Assembly: GCA_013153315.1 (NCBI GenBank)
Contig: JAADES010000048.1
Coordinates: forward strand, 812 to 64,811
Length of the DNA stretch: 64,000 nt
Reading direction: 5' to 3'
Origin: Aquificota bacterium
GTDB taxonomy: Bacteria > Aquificota > Aquificia > Aquificales > QOAS01
Translations under genes and position numbers: made by a program
The notes under the pieces: model-generated
The model's input: only the letters and a program-made list of their open reading frames with translations
Databases searched by the model: none
What the model was told of the DNA's origin: nothing
Shown: in pieces, positions 48,998 through 60,389 of the stretch
Position numbering within the stretch: position 1 is the stretch's first letter
Layout: each line of letters opens with the position of its first letter

Positions 48998-49423
48998 CTA
49001 TTTTTGCTTATTAGCTTCCTCCTCCAAGGCTTTTTTAGCCCCCTCTATAGCTCCTTCAAAGGCCGCAACGGCCACCTTCAGGGTTTTGGAAACTATATTT
49101 TTAACCTCCTCGAGTATTTGCTCCGCCTGCTGTTTTTTCTCCTCGAGGGATTTTTCCAGCTCTTGTAATTTGCTCCTTAGGTTGGTAAGTTCCTTTTCCA
49201 ACTCTTGGGCTTTTTCTTTTGCCGTTTGTAGGATTTTAGCCTTTTCTTCCTCCAATTGTTTGGCTTTTTCCTCCAATTCCTCTTTTAGTTTTTTTAGGTC
49301 TTCGGTAATCTTTTCGAGGTCTACTTTTTCTTTAAGTTCCTCGATGTTAACTTCTTCGAGCCTTTTTTTGAGTTCTTCAATTCTTTGATTTAACTCTTCG
49401 AGGTTTACTTTGAAGTCCTTCAT
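48998..49423 (-). CDS. E/K-rich coiled-coil protein (hypothetical)
   Basis: About 141 aa of continuous heptad repeats from the Met at 49423. The track start at 49459 is the TTG of a TTGACA box. No enzymatic motif. Confidence 0.4.
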   Translation of the reverse strand: MKDFKVNLEELNQRIEELKKRLEEVNIEELKEKVDLEKITEDLKKLKEELEEKAKQLEEEKAKILQTAKEKAQELEKELTNLRSKLQELEKSLEEKKQQAEQILEEVKNIVSKTLKVAVAAFEGAIEGAKKALEEEANKQK

Positions 49424-49497
49424 GAGTTTTAAATTTGTTAGCTTGACAAAAGATGTCAATAAACTAAACCCAATCTAACCAAAAGGGGATAATACAA

Positions 49498-49570
49498 CCT
49501 AACAATAGCACCCCGTTGGGCGGGGTTAACGATTAACAATAGCACCCGCCCAAAAGGCGGGGTTAACGCT
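49498..49570 (+). promoter_or_regulatory. tandem bulged stem-loops (two units) in the 5' region of the ArsB/NhaD-family permease gene
   Basis: Unit 1 is 'taacaatagcaccccgttgggcggggttaacg' and unit 2 is 'ttaacaatagcacccgcccaaaaggcggggttaacg'. They share flanks TAACAATAGCAC...GGGGTTAACG, and the GC-rich inner stems differ in sequence but both still pair. Unit 2 ends 27 nt before the ATG at 49596. Confidence 0.4.
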
Positions 49571-49595
49571 AAATTTTCCAACGGGAGGTTAATCA

Positions 49596-50945
49596 ATGGT
49601 AGAAAACCACACCTTGTTGCAAATTTTAAGTTCCAAATTTGGGTGGGATTTTCATCGAACGGTTTATATCGCCTCTATAGCCCTATTCTTGGGAACCTAC
49701 GCGATGATTATTTTGGAAAAGTATTTCCATCGCGTTCCCGCGGCTTTGTTGGGTGGTTCTTTAGCGGTATTTGTGGGAGTTTTGACCCCAAAACAGGCTT
49801 GGCACTCCATAGACCACAACACGATGTTTCTCCTAGTGGGAATGATGGTGATAGTCTCCATTCTGATTGAAAGCGGTTTTTTCTCCATATTGGCAAATTG
49901 GGCTTTGAGGATAACAAAAGGAGACCCGCTTAAAATCTTGTTGGTATTTACTTCCTTGACAGCCTTTCTATCGGCTTTTTTGGACAACGTTACAACGGTG
50001 CTCTTTATGGTTCCGATACTGCTAACTATGCTAACCCGCCTGAAAATAAACCCTATACCTTACATAATAGCCACCGTTTTGGCTTCCAATATCGGGGGAA
50101 CGGCCACCCTAATCGGAGACCCTCCCAACATAATCATAGGTTCGTTGGGTCATTTTACCTTTAACGATTTCTTAGTTAATTTGGCTCCGATTGTTTTGGT
50201 TGTTCATGTGGTGGGGACTATTGTTTTCACCCTCTACATGAAATGGATGGGTTATTTAGAAAGAAAAATAACCGACGAAAGGGAACTCTGGGAAATTATC
50301 AACTCCCAAAGGGTGGAATATGACGTTGTCCTAATGAGGAAAGGGTTAATTATTTTTGGAATAACTTTGCTGCTGTTTTTCTTCCACCACCACATAGGGT
50401 TGGAACCTGGAATAGTGGCCCTAACTATGGCCGCTTTATTGCTCCTCTGGACAAAGCTAAATCCCGAACATGTTTTTGAAAGGGTTGAATGGGGAACTTT
50501 AATGTTCTTTGTAGGTCTCTTTATGGTTATCGGCGGTTTGGAGGTTGCCGGCGTTTTTGAAGACTTGGCTAAAATTGTGGCCCGCTTGGTAAGCGACCCC
50601 GAAAGCGGAATATTCATTTTGGGCGGGCTTTCGGCCTTTATTTCGGGAATAGTTGACAACATTCCTTTCACAATGGCTATGTCTTATGTTCTTTTAGATT
50701 TGGCCAAAACCGTCCACTTTAATGTAGAGCCTCTATGGTGGGCTTTGGCCTTGGGGGCCTGCTTGGGTGGAAATTTAACACTCATAGGAGCTTCGGCCAA
50801 CGTTGTGGCCGCCGGCCTTGTAGAACGGGAAGGCTACAAAATTACCTTTTTCGATTTTCTCAAAATGGGAACTCCCGTCGCCTTTATAACGGTCATTGTG
50901 GCTCTATTTTTGCTCTGGCTCAAATATAAAATCTTCGGCTTTTAA
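49596..50945 (+). CDS. ArsB/NhaD-superfamily (SLC13-like) ion transporter
   Basis: 449 aa. GGGAGG RBS. About 11-12 TM helices with repeated 'NIGGTATLIGDPPNIII' and 'LGGNLTLIGASANVV' hairpin motifs typical of this permease superfamily. Confidence 0.75.
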   Translation: MVENHTLLQILSSKFGWDFHRTVYIASIALFLGTYAMIILEKYFHRVPAALLGGSLAVFVGVLTPKQAWHSIDHNTMFLLVGMMVIVSILIESGFFSILANWALRITKGDPLKILLVFTSLTAFLSAFLDNVTTVLFMVPILLTMLTRLKINPIPYIIATVLASNIGGTATLIGDPPNIIIGSLGHFTFNDFLVNLAPIVLVVHVVGTIVFTLYMKWMGYLERKITDERELWEIINSQRVEYDVVLMRKGLIIFGITLLLFFFHHHIGLEPGIVALTMAALLLLWTKLNPEHVFERVEWGTLMFFVGLFMVIGGLEVAGVFEDLAKIVARLVSDPESGIFILGGLSAFISGIVDNIPFTMAMSYVLLDLAKTVHFNVEPLWWALALGACLGGNLTLIGASANVVAAGLVEREGYKITFFDFLKMGTPVAFITVIVALFLLWLKYKIFGF

Positions 50946-51001
50946 TTTTTCTTCTTCTTCAAAACTTTTCCAAAACAAAAAGGGTAAAAAGGAGAAAAAA
51001 A

Positions 51002-51604
51002 TTATTTGCCTAAAGGCGGTAATGCTTGGTTTATAGATGGTGTCTCATTCAACATAGAAGCTGCAGGCCCGAGTTTACCCGCCTCTTTGGCCATTTGGTC
51101 GAGAATTTTTGCTACCTGAGGGGTTATATCTATGCTTTTATCGTAATAGAGAAGTTGGGTGCAGTCGATGGCCGCCTTAAATCCTAAAGACTGGCTTAAA
51201 GCCTTGATTGCTTCTTTTGCCAATTTATCCAATAGCTGAAGCTGTTGTTGGGTGTAGGCCATTATCTGCTGTTGGGTTTGAATTTGCAACATTTGGAGCT
51301 GTTTGTTTAACTCCTCCAGTTGTTTCTCTTTCTTTTCCCTTTCCTCCTTAGATAGGAGTCCGCTGGTTACCTCCTCTTGGAGTTTTTTCATTTTTTCCTG
51401 CAACTCTTGGGCTTTCTTTTTGAATTCCTCTATCAGTTGGTTCCTTTTTTGTTGGAGTTGTTGCTTAATTTTTTGTGCAAATTGGGACTCCTGCAAAAGT
51501 TGATTGCCACTCACACATACCAATTCCACCGCCTGGGAAGATTTAAAAAATCCTCCCCCGAGGGTGGAGCCTAAAAGAACCATTCCCGCTAATAGTTTTC
51601 TCAC
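51002..51604 (-). CDS. periplasmic chaperone Skp/OmpH-like protein
   Basis: 200 aa. Signal peptide 'MRKLLAGMVLLGSTLGG', then a long Q/K/E coiled-coil arm as in OmpH-family proteins. Confidence 0.6.
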   Translation of the reverse strand: MRKLLAGMVLLGSTLGGGFFKSSQAVELVCVSGNQLLQESQFAQKIKQQLQQKRNQLIEEFKKKAQELQEKMKKLQEEVTSGLLSKEEREKKEKQLEELNKQLQMLQIQTQQQIMAYTQQQLQLLDKLAKEAIKALSQSLGFKAAIDCTQLLYYDKSIDITPQVAKILDQMAKEAGKLGPAASMLNETPSINQALPPLGK

Positions 51605-51640
51605 TTTTCTATCCTCCTTTTAATGTTTGCTAATTTTATG

Positions 51641-52225
51641 CTATCTCCAAAGGCGTTTTAAAATTTGCCTAACCACCTTTTTGGGTTCTTTTTTATAGAG
51701 TTTTCCCAGTTCTATAGCCTCTTGGCGGTTTAGCAAACCAACCGCCACAAGGAATTGCAACAGTTGGGGAAGGTTTTTCCACTTTTTATTTAGCTGACCT
51801 CTTTCGAAATCTATTAGGTAAATTTTTCTTCCCTTTACAAGGACATTGGTAAACGGACGCTGAAACTCGTCTTTAAATACCCCCAATTTGTCCAAGCAGT
51901 AGGCCGCAACTATCAATTTTCTCAAATAGAGGTTTAAGTTATCTCTATTTTCCTTTTGTAGTTTTTTTAAAGGTATGCCCTCAATAAAGGGATATACAAA
52001 AAAATCTTCGCCTACGAAGGTAACTTTAGGAACAAAGTTAACACCTTTAGAGTTTAAATATTGAAGAATTTTTGCCTCTTTAAGGAAGGCTTTTTTAAGT
52101 TTTTCCTCTTGGGGGACTTTTACGGCAAATTTTTGCCCCTTTTCGGTATATGTATAGATTATCCCGCGGTAGCCTTCGCTAAATTTTTCCAACCGTTTTA
52201 AGGTCGAAAAGGTTTTAAAGTCCAT
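51641..52225 (-). CDS. minimal protein-kinase-fold protein (Bud32/RIO/Kdo-kinase-like), function unknown
   Basis: 194 aa. Glycine-loop-like 'EGYRGIIY', Lys in 'KFAVKV', 'FTNVLVKGRKIYLIDFERG' (N ... DF metal-binding region). The catalytic loop is atypical. Confidence 0.4.
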   Translation of the reverse strand: MDFKTFSTLKRLEKFSEGYRGIIYTYTEKGQKFAVKVPQEEKLKKAFLKEAKILQYLNSKGVNFVPKVTFVGEDFFVYPFIEGIPLKKLQKENRDNLNLYLRKLIVAAYCLDKLGVFKDEFQRPFTNVLVKGRKIYLIDFERGQLNKKWKNLPQLLQFLVAVGLLNRQEAIELGKLYKKEPKKVVRQILKRLWR

Positions 52226-52250
52226 TTAGGGGTATTTTTAATAAGAGCTT

Positions 52251-53303
52251 TTAAAACTTAACACGGTTCCTGCCCGATTTTTTGGCCTCATAAAGTTTTT
52301 CGTCGGCCCTATGAATAAGGCTTTCTATATCGTCATATTCCCTTAGCTCCGCAGCACCAACGCTGACGGTTATATGCCCCACTATGGGGAAATTTTCCTC
52401 TTCTATTTTTTTTCTTATACGTTCGGCTACCCTTACTGCCCCTTGCAGGGGGGTTCCCGGTAGGATTACCAAAAATTCTTCCCCCCCGTAGCGACCAACC
52501 AGGTCTATTTTCCTAATGGAGTTTTTAATAACTTTGGCCACCTTTTGGAGAACCAAATCACCCACCAAGTGGCCGTAGGTATCATTAACCCGCTTAAAGT
52601 GGTCTATATCTATCATTAATATCGACAAAGGTTGTTTAAATCTTTTGCTTCGTTCATACTCTTTTTCCAACTCGTGGAGGATTTTCCTACGGTTGAAAAC
52701 CCTTGTTAGGGGGTCGTAATCCAGAATATGTTGAACCGTTTCAAAATATCGGTCTAAGAAAACCTTGAATATCAAAATGGTTACCGTTATAGCGATATAG
52801 GATAGAAAAGCGTCGTAAATGAAATAGTTTAACTTTTGGGCCGGTAAGTCTATACGCCCGTCCTTTAAAGCAATAAGGATTCCCAATATTTCTATAAAAA
52901 AAGCTACCAAAGAAATAATTGCAGCTTGCGGTAAAGAAAAGAAAAAAGCCGCAACTACCGGTATTAAATGGAACCAAAATAGAACGTGAATAAAACCTTT
53001 AAACAAATAGCCGGTAAACAAAGCGAAAAGCCCGACCAAATAGGTGTAAATAGCTAACTTAACCTTATTAAATTTGAGAAGCCCAAGAGTTATAGCTAAA
53101 AAAAAAGCGTAAAGAATGTTATAAATAAGCTTAGAATCCAATCTATATATAAGCGAAAGTTCTATATATATAAGGTCAATAAAAAAGGAAATAATTATCA
53201 ATATTTGAAGAAAACTTTTTTTACACCTCTCAAAATAGGGTTCAATCCGCCAAACGTCGAAACAGGAAAGGAAATCAACAAATAGCTCCTTTAATTTATT
53301 CAT
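52251..53303 (-). CDS. membrane-anchored diguanylate cyclase (GGDEF domain)
   Basis: 350 aa. N-terminal half with about 5-6 TM helices. C-terminal 'DIDHFKRVNDTYGHLVGD' and active site 'RYGGEEFLVIL'. Confidence 0.85.
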   Translation of the reverse strand: MNKLKELFVDFLSCFDVWRIEPYFERCKKSFLQILIIISFFIDLIYIELSLIYRLDSKLIYNILYAFFLAITLGLLKFNKVKLAIYTYLVGLFALFTGYLFKGFIHVLFWFHLIPVVAAFFFSLPQAAIISLVAFFIEILGILIALKDGRIDLPAQKLNYFIYDAFLSYIAITVTILIFKVFLDRYFETVQHILDYDPLTRVFNRRKILHELEKEYERSKRFKQPLSILMIDIDHFKRVNDTYGHLVGDLVLQKVAKVIKNSIRKIDLVGRYGGEEFLVILPGTPLQGAVRVAERIRKKIEEENFPIVGHITVSVGAAELREYDDIESLIHRADEKLYEAKKSGRNRVKF

Positions 53304-53471
53304 GCGGAATTTGTTTCATTATATTTACCTTCGGAGGATTGCTAAGGTGTGTGTCAACTTAAAATTTTTAAAGTTTCTAATAATTGATAGTGGGGGCTGG
53401 TAGTTCTTTTCAGATGGAATTTCGTTCTGGGTTGATGCCTACGAGTTTTCTATAAAAATAATGCCGATTAA

Positions 53472-55533
<2,062 letters not shown>

Positions 55534-55596
55534 GCTAAGAAAAATTGAAACAAAAAGATAAAGAAAGGATTTTTCCCAAAAGAGGGATTAAAGAAT

Positions 55597-56949
55597 TTAA
55601 ACCAACTTAAGGTGTTCGGGCAATCTTTCCCGCCTTTCGATGTCCTCTATATTTTCAGCTTCCCTTATTAGGTGAACTTTACCTTCGGTATCTATTAAAA
55701 CCACGTTGGGACGGTATCTAATAAACTGCATCCATTGGGTGACGTTGTATGCTCCAACGGGGGAAAGAATTAACCTTGTTCCCCTCGGTAAGGGAGGTAG
55801 ATATTCCAAGTCGTTAATTACGTCTATGTTCATGCAAAGGGGGCCATACAAAACGCTGGGTTCGGGCGCTCCGTGAACTTTTCGGTCGATTTCCACCTTA
55901 AAGTTATACCAAAAGGCGGTAAAGAGGATATTAACGCCGGCATCAAGAATATAGCCCTTAAGACCGTTAGGGAGGCGTTTTGTTGCGTAAACGGTAGTTA
56001 TTAAATAACCGGCCTCGTCAACGATAGCCCTTCCCGCCTCTATTATGAGTTTGGGAAAATCTCCCGGCCTTAGGCTTTCCAGCAAGGCGGTTGTTATTCT
56101 TTCTGCGTATTCTTCAATATCGGGAACAGCCACTTCGGGGGGCAGATAGATTCCCTTTAAGCGGTTTTTAGAAGGTAGCCCTCCGCCAATATCGAGGTAT
56201 TCGATTTTATAGCCATAGTTGTCCTCTATATAGTAGGCGAATTTAACCATTTTCCTAACTTCGATTTCGTAAGCCTTGGGTTCGAGGATAAAGGTTCCCA
56301 TATGGCAATGGAGACCGTTTAACTCTAGCCACTGGCTGGCGGCTATACGCTTAACTGCATCTTCGGCCTGTCCGCTTTCGAGGTTAAAACCGAAGCGGCT
56401 CCATTGGGGTTGAATGCCGGTATCCATATTGATACGAATTCCGATTTTTACCTTTTGCCCCAGCTCTTTGGCTATTTCCTCTATGTCGGAAAGTTCTTCG
56501 AAGGTGTCGGCGTTTATCCTTGCCCCTTCCAAGATGGCCGTTCTTAGGGCTTCTTTCGGTTTATAAGGGCCGTTAAAAACAATTTGATTTCCCGGAATAC
56601 CTAAACGGCGGGCTTTTTCATATTCGAATTCCGAAACCACTTCGGCCGTTTCTCCCTCTTGGTGCAATATTGCACAAATGGCCTTTAGGTAATTGGTTTT
56701 ATAAGACCAGGTAAACTCCACATTGGGGTAACGGGTTTCGAAAGCTTGGCGGAACCTTCTAAACTGCTGACGGAGCTTCCTTTCTGAAAAAACAAAAAGG
56801 GGCGAACCGTATTCTTCCACCAATTTTTCTATGGGAACGCCGTCTATCTCGGTTCTTACCCTACTTCCTAAAAAAGCTTTTCCTCCCAACTTGTTGGATA
56901 AACCAACATTAATTTTGTTAATTACCGGTTTTTCATAGGCCTTTTTCAT
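55597..56949 (-). CDS. fold-type III PLP-dependent decarboxylase (Orn/DAP/Arg decarboxylase family)
   Basis: 450 aa. PLP-Lys region 'FTWSYKTNY', 'DIGGGLPS', 'IIEAGRAIV', 'GPLCMNIDV'. Substrate not assignable from sequence alone. Confidence 0.8.
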   Translation of the reverse strand: MKKAYEKPVINKINVGLSNKLGGKAFLGSRVRTEIDGVPIEKLVEEYGSPLFVFSERKLRQQFRRFRQAFETRYPNVEFTWSYKTNYLKAICAILHQEGETAEVVSEFEYEKARRLGIPGNQIVFNGPYKPKEALRTAILEGARINADTFEELSDIEEIAKELGQKVKIGIRINMDTGIQPQWSRFGFNLESGQAEDAVKRIAASQWLELNGLHCHMGTFILEPKAYEIEVRKMVKFAYYIEDNYGYKIEYLDIGGGLPSKNRLKGIYLPPEVAVPDIEEYAERITTALLESLRPGDFPKLIIEAGRAIVDEAGYLITTVYATKRLPNGLKGYILDAGVNILFTAFWYNFKVEIDRKVHGAPEPSVLYGPLCMNIDVINDLEYLPPLPRGTRLILSPVGAYNVTQWMQFIRYRPNVVLIDTEGKVHLIREAENIEDIERRERLPEHLKLV

Positions 56950-56967
56950 TTTTACCTCCTAAAGGTT

Positions 56968-57543
56968 TTAATAAAGCTCCTTCGGTTGGTTGGGAAAATA
57001 AAATTCCTCAATGGGGGCGTAAATGGGCCCCTCAGGCGTTAGGGTGCTTTTTATCACCGCTATTTTGGTAACTATTTCCTCACCGAATATGAAGTTTTGA
57101 TATTTCCTTAAAAAGAATTTCAATTTTCGATTATCCACCCTTTTCATTCGGCATATGGTTACGTGGGGATGGAAAGGTTTCGTGTCGGGGCGGATATTTA
57201 AAGAACGGTTTGCGTTGACCACCGTTTTAGCCAGCCTTTTTAGATGGGAAGCCCCTTGGTCTACACCGACCCATAAAATTCTCGGTCTCTTTAGGTGGGG
57301 AAAAATTCCCAAACCTTTATAGGTTATCTTAAAGGGTTTGAAGGTGTTGGCCACCTCTTGGGTCGTTTTTAACAACTCTCCCAAGGTGGGACGGTCTACC
57401 TCTCCCACAAATTGGAGGGTTATATGTAAATTTTGGGGTTGGGTCCACTTTCCGTGGATAAAGGGGGAAGCTTCGGCCCTAAGTCGGGAAGATTTTTCTA
57501 TAACCACCGGGGAGGTAAAAAAACCTATAAAGACCCTTATCAT
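56968..57543 (-). CDS. thpR: RNA 2',3'-cyclic phosphodiesterase / 2'-5' RNA ligase (ThpR/LigT, 2H family)
   Basis: 191 aa with both H-x-T/S-x motifs: 'NLHITLQF' and 'HPHVTICR'. Confidence 0.8.
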   Translation of the reverse strand: MIRVFIGFFTSPVVIEKSSRLRAEASPFIHGKWTQPQNLHITLQFVGEVDRPTLGELLKTTQEVANTFKPFKITYKGLGIFPHLKRPRILWVGVDQGASHLKRLAKTVVNANRSLNIRPDTKPFHPHVTICRMKRVDNRKLKFFLRKYQNFIFGEEIVTKIAVIKSTLTPEGPIYAPIEEFYFPNQPKELY

Positions 57544-57595
57544 CTCTCTATCCTCACTGCCTCTTTAAGGTTAATAAGAGGACAATCTAACAATT

Positions 57596-58237
57596 ATGGA
57601 ACAGACCAAGTTAACTTTAGCCCTACCCAAAGGTAGGTTATTTGAAGAAACCATAAACCTCCTTCTGGAAGCTTCATTAATAGAGGAACCTTTAGAGGAA
57701 GGTAGAAAATTAGTCCTCGAAACGGAAAAATTCAAAATCCTTCTCGCCAAACCTAAAGATGTCCCGATGTTGGTTGAAAGCGGTTATGCCGATTTAGGCG
57801 TTAGCGGGTGGGATACCCTTTGGGAAAGCGGTTGCGATGTTTACAAGCTGTTAGATTTGGGTTTAGGTTTTTGCCGTATATGTGTGGCGGGCTTTCCCGA
57901 AAAAAAAGCAGAATATGAAAATCTGTCCTACATTAAGGTGGCAACCAAATACCCCAATATTGCACGGGAATTTTTTGAAAAGAAAGGAATCAAGCCCTTT
58001 ATTTACGAAATGAACGGCTCGGTGGAGCTGGCTCCCCTTATAGGGCTAACCGACTATATTTTCGACCTGGTTCAAACGGGCCGAACCCTAAAGGAAAACG
58101 GTTTGGTGGTCATAGATGAGGCGGGAACCTCCACCGCCCACCTGATAGCTAATAAGAATTCCTTTCTACTCTACAACGGTCGGATAAGGGATATAGTCCA
58201 AAAGTTGGAAAAGGTTATAAAAGCCCCGCTCTCTTGA
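57596..58237 (+). CDS. hisG: ATP phosphoribosyltransferase, short form
   Basis: 213 aa. 'LTLALPKGRL', 'DLGVSGWD', 'DLVQTGRTLKENGL'. Lacks the long-form C-terminal regulatory domain. Confidence 0.9.
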   Translation: MEQTKLTLALPKGRLFEETINLLLEASLIEEPLEEGRKLVLETEKFKILLAKPKDVPMLVESGYADLGVSGWDTLWESGCDVYKLLDLGLGFCRICVAGFPEKKAEYENLSYIKVATKYPNIAREFFEKKGIKPFIYEMNGSVELAPLIGLTDYIFDLVQTGRTLKENGLVVIDEAGTSTAHLIANKNSFLLYNGRIRDIVQKLEKVIKAPLS

Positions 58238-58260
58238 GTTCCCAATTATAACTATTCCTG

Positions 58261-59142
58261 ATGTCGAACACAAAAACCGACCGACCTTACTATTTCCAAG
58301 ACATTATTTTGGCCTTACAAAATTTTTGGGTTTCCAAGGGTTGCATGCTGTGGCAGCCCTACGATTTGGAAGTAGGGGCGGGAACTATGAACCCCGCAAC
58401 CTTTCTAAAGGTTTTAGGCCCCAAACCTTGGGCGGCCGCCTACGTGGAGCCTTCCCGCCGTCCCAAAGATGGCCGCTACGGAGAAAACCCCAATAGGCTC
58501 CAGCACTATTATCAATTTCAGGTAATAATAAAAGCCGCCCCCGAAAATTCGCAGGAACTCTATTTGGAAAGCTTAGTTGCCTTGGGAATAGACCCCGCCG
58601 AGCACGACATACGCTTCGTTGAGGACGACTGGGAAAGCCCAACTTTGGGAGCTTGGGGGCTCGGTTGGGAAGTTTGGCTGGACGGAATGGAAATTACCCA
58701 ATTTACCTATTTCCAGCAGGCGGGCGGGTTGGACTTGGAGCTAATCCCGGTGGAAATTACCTACGGTTTGGAAAGGTTGGCCATGTTCATCCAAAAAAAG
58801 GACAGCGTTTTCAACATTGAATGGAAAGAGGGCGTTACCTACGGCGAAATCTTTAAAAGGGCCGAGTATGAATGGAGTAAATATAACTTTGAAGTGGCCG
58901 ATGTGGATATGCTCTTTAAGACCTTCGATATGTTCGAAAGGGAAGCCCAACGGCTAATAGAACTTGATTTGGTATTGCCCGCCTACGATTACGCCTTAAA
59001 ATGTTCCCACGTGTTTAACATTCTCGACGCCCGCGGGGCTATTTCGGTGCAAGAGAGGGCCCGCTACATTCGCCGTATAAGGAATTTAACATTCTCTGTG
59101 GCTTCTAAATACAAAGAACTTTTAGACAAACAACTGGTTTAA
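58261..59142 (+). CDS. glyQ: glycyl-tRNA synthetase alpha subunit
   Basis: 293 aa. '[12 protein letters not shown]', '[28 protein letters not shown]'. No glyS adjacent. Confidence 0.95.
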   Translation: MSNTKTDRPYYFQDIILALQNFWVSKGCMLWQPYDLEVGAGTMNPATFLKVLGPKPWAAAYVEPSRRPKDGRYGENPNRLQHYYQFQVIIKAAPENSQELYLESLVALGIDPAEHDIRFVEDDWESPTLGAWGLGWEVWLDGMEITQFTYFQQAGGLDLELIPVEITYGLERLAMFIQKKDSVFNIEWKEGVTYGEIFKRAEYEWSKYNFEVADVDMLFKTFDMFEREAQRLIELDLVLPAYDYALKCSHVFNILDARGAISVQERARYIRRIRNLTFSVASKYKELLDKQLV

Positions 59143-59219
59143 AAATTTTTGACTTTTTCTCTTTTTGGAACCTTTTAAAGAATCCAAAAAGGGGAAAGAT
59201 ACAAATTCCTTCTAAAGGA

Positions 59220-59498
59220 TTACTTTTTGTTAATCAATTCCCTTAGCTGTTTGGCTGCTTTGAATACAACCACTTTGCGGGCGGGAATTTCGATTACTTC
59301 ACCGGTTTGAGGATTTCTTCCCTTCCTTGCGGCGCGTTCTTTAACTTGGAACACTCCAAAGCCGGGTAGGGCAATTCTTTCACCCTTTTGGAGGGCATCT
59401 TCTATAACTTCGATGATAGCCTTAAGGCATCTGTCGGCCTGTTTTTTGGAAACACCGGCTTTTTCTGCCGCTCTTGCGATTAGTTCCGCTTTTGTCAT
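59220..59498 (-). CDS. hup: DNA-binding protein HU
   Basis: 92 aa. 'MTKAELI', 'GFGVFQVKERAARKGRNPQTGEVIEIPARKVVVFKA'. Confidence 0.9.
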   Translation of the reverse strand: MTKAELIARAAEKAGVSKKQADRCLKAIIEVIEDALQKGERIALPGFGVFQVKERAARKGRNPQTGEVIEIPARKVVVFKAAKQLRELINKK

Positions 59499-59651
59499 GG
59501 CTTTTAACCTCCCTGTTGATTTTTCTAAATGTCTTAATATTTCGCAAAGTTCAACCTAAATGCAAGCTTTTTGTGCGTTTTTTAGAGGGTTGGAGGGAAG
59601 AAAAAAGAGAAATGGGCAACTAATGTTTGAAAATAAAAAAACTATTCCTTC

Positions 59652-60374
59652 TTAGGAAGCAACAATTTCCACAGTTTGACCGGGTTTAACTATAACAACT
59701 TCGGTAGGTAGGCCAGCGGCCTTTACCGCCTCTTTAAATTCTTCGGGATTTTGGGCTATAGGTGGCCAAGTGTTGTAGTGCATAGGTATGGCTATTTTGG
59801 GTTTTACCAACTCTACGGCTTTGACGGCCTCGGGTATGCCCATGGTGAAGAGGCTTCCTATGGGGGTTAGCATAACGTCGGGTTTGTAAAGTTCGCCGAT
59901 AAGCTTCATATCGCCGAATAGGGCGGTGTCGCCGGTGTGGTAAACTCTAACACCGTCCAACTCAATAACTACGCCCGCGGGATTTCCCAAATAGATGGGT
60001 TCTCCGTTGTCTTTAATTAACGAACTGGAGTGCACGGCGGGGGTGAAAACCATTTTCACGCCTTCAACTTCGAACCAACCGCCGATATTGCAGCCCACGG
60101 TATTTTTTGCCCCTTGGGCGGAGAGATATTGGGCAACTTCGAACAGCCCCACGACGGGAATACCCAACTTTCCGAAGTCCAAGGCGTTTTCAATGTGGTC
60201 AAAGTGGCCGTGGGTTATCACAACCAAGTCAACCTTGTCCAAAAGGCTTTCCAACGTAATACCGGCCTCTTGGGCTTGGGGGTTGGAGGTTATAAAGGGG
60301 TCTATTAGAACATTTTTGCTTCCTTGAATTAACCAAGTTGCGTGTCCTATAAAGGTTAAGTCCACCTTGCGCAT
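59652..60374 (-). CDS. metallo-beta-lactamase-fold hydrolase (UPF0173-like)
   Basis: 'LTFIGHATWLI', 'ITHGHFDHI', 'VYHTGDT'. The start is more likely the Met at 60374 than 60395. Confidence 0.75.
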   Translation of the reverse strand: MRKVDLTFIGHATWLIQGSKNVLIDPFITSNPQAQEAGITLESLLDKVDLVVITHGHFDHIENALDFGKLGIPVVGLFEVAQYLSAQGAKNTVGCNIGGWFEVEGVKMVFTPAVHSSSLIKDNGEPIYLGNPAGVVIELDGVRVYHTGDTALFGDMKLIGELYKPDVMLTPIGSLFTMGIPEAVKAVELVKPKIAIPMHYNTWPPIAQNPEEFKEAVKAAGLPTEVVIVKPGQTVEIVAS

Positions 60375-60389
60375 ATTTATTAAATGTAA

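Noticed and set aside
59143-59219. Bidirectional terminator between glyQ and hup (TTTTTGGA-N13-TCCAAAAA)
   Set aside because: The stem is entirely AT-rich with a 13-nt loop, so it is unlikely to be stable in a thermophile. It was not called.
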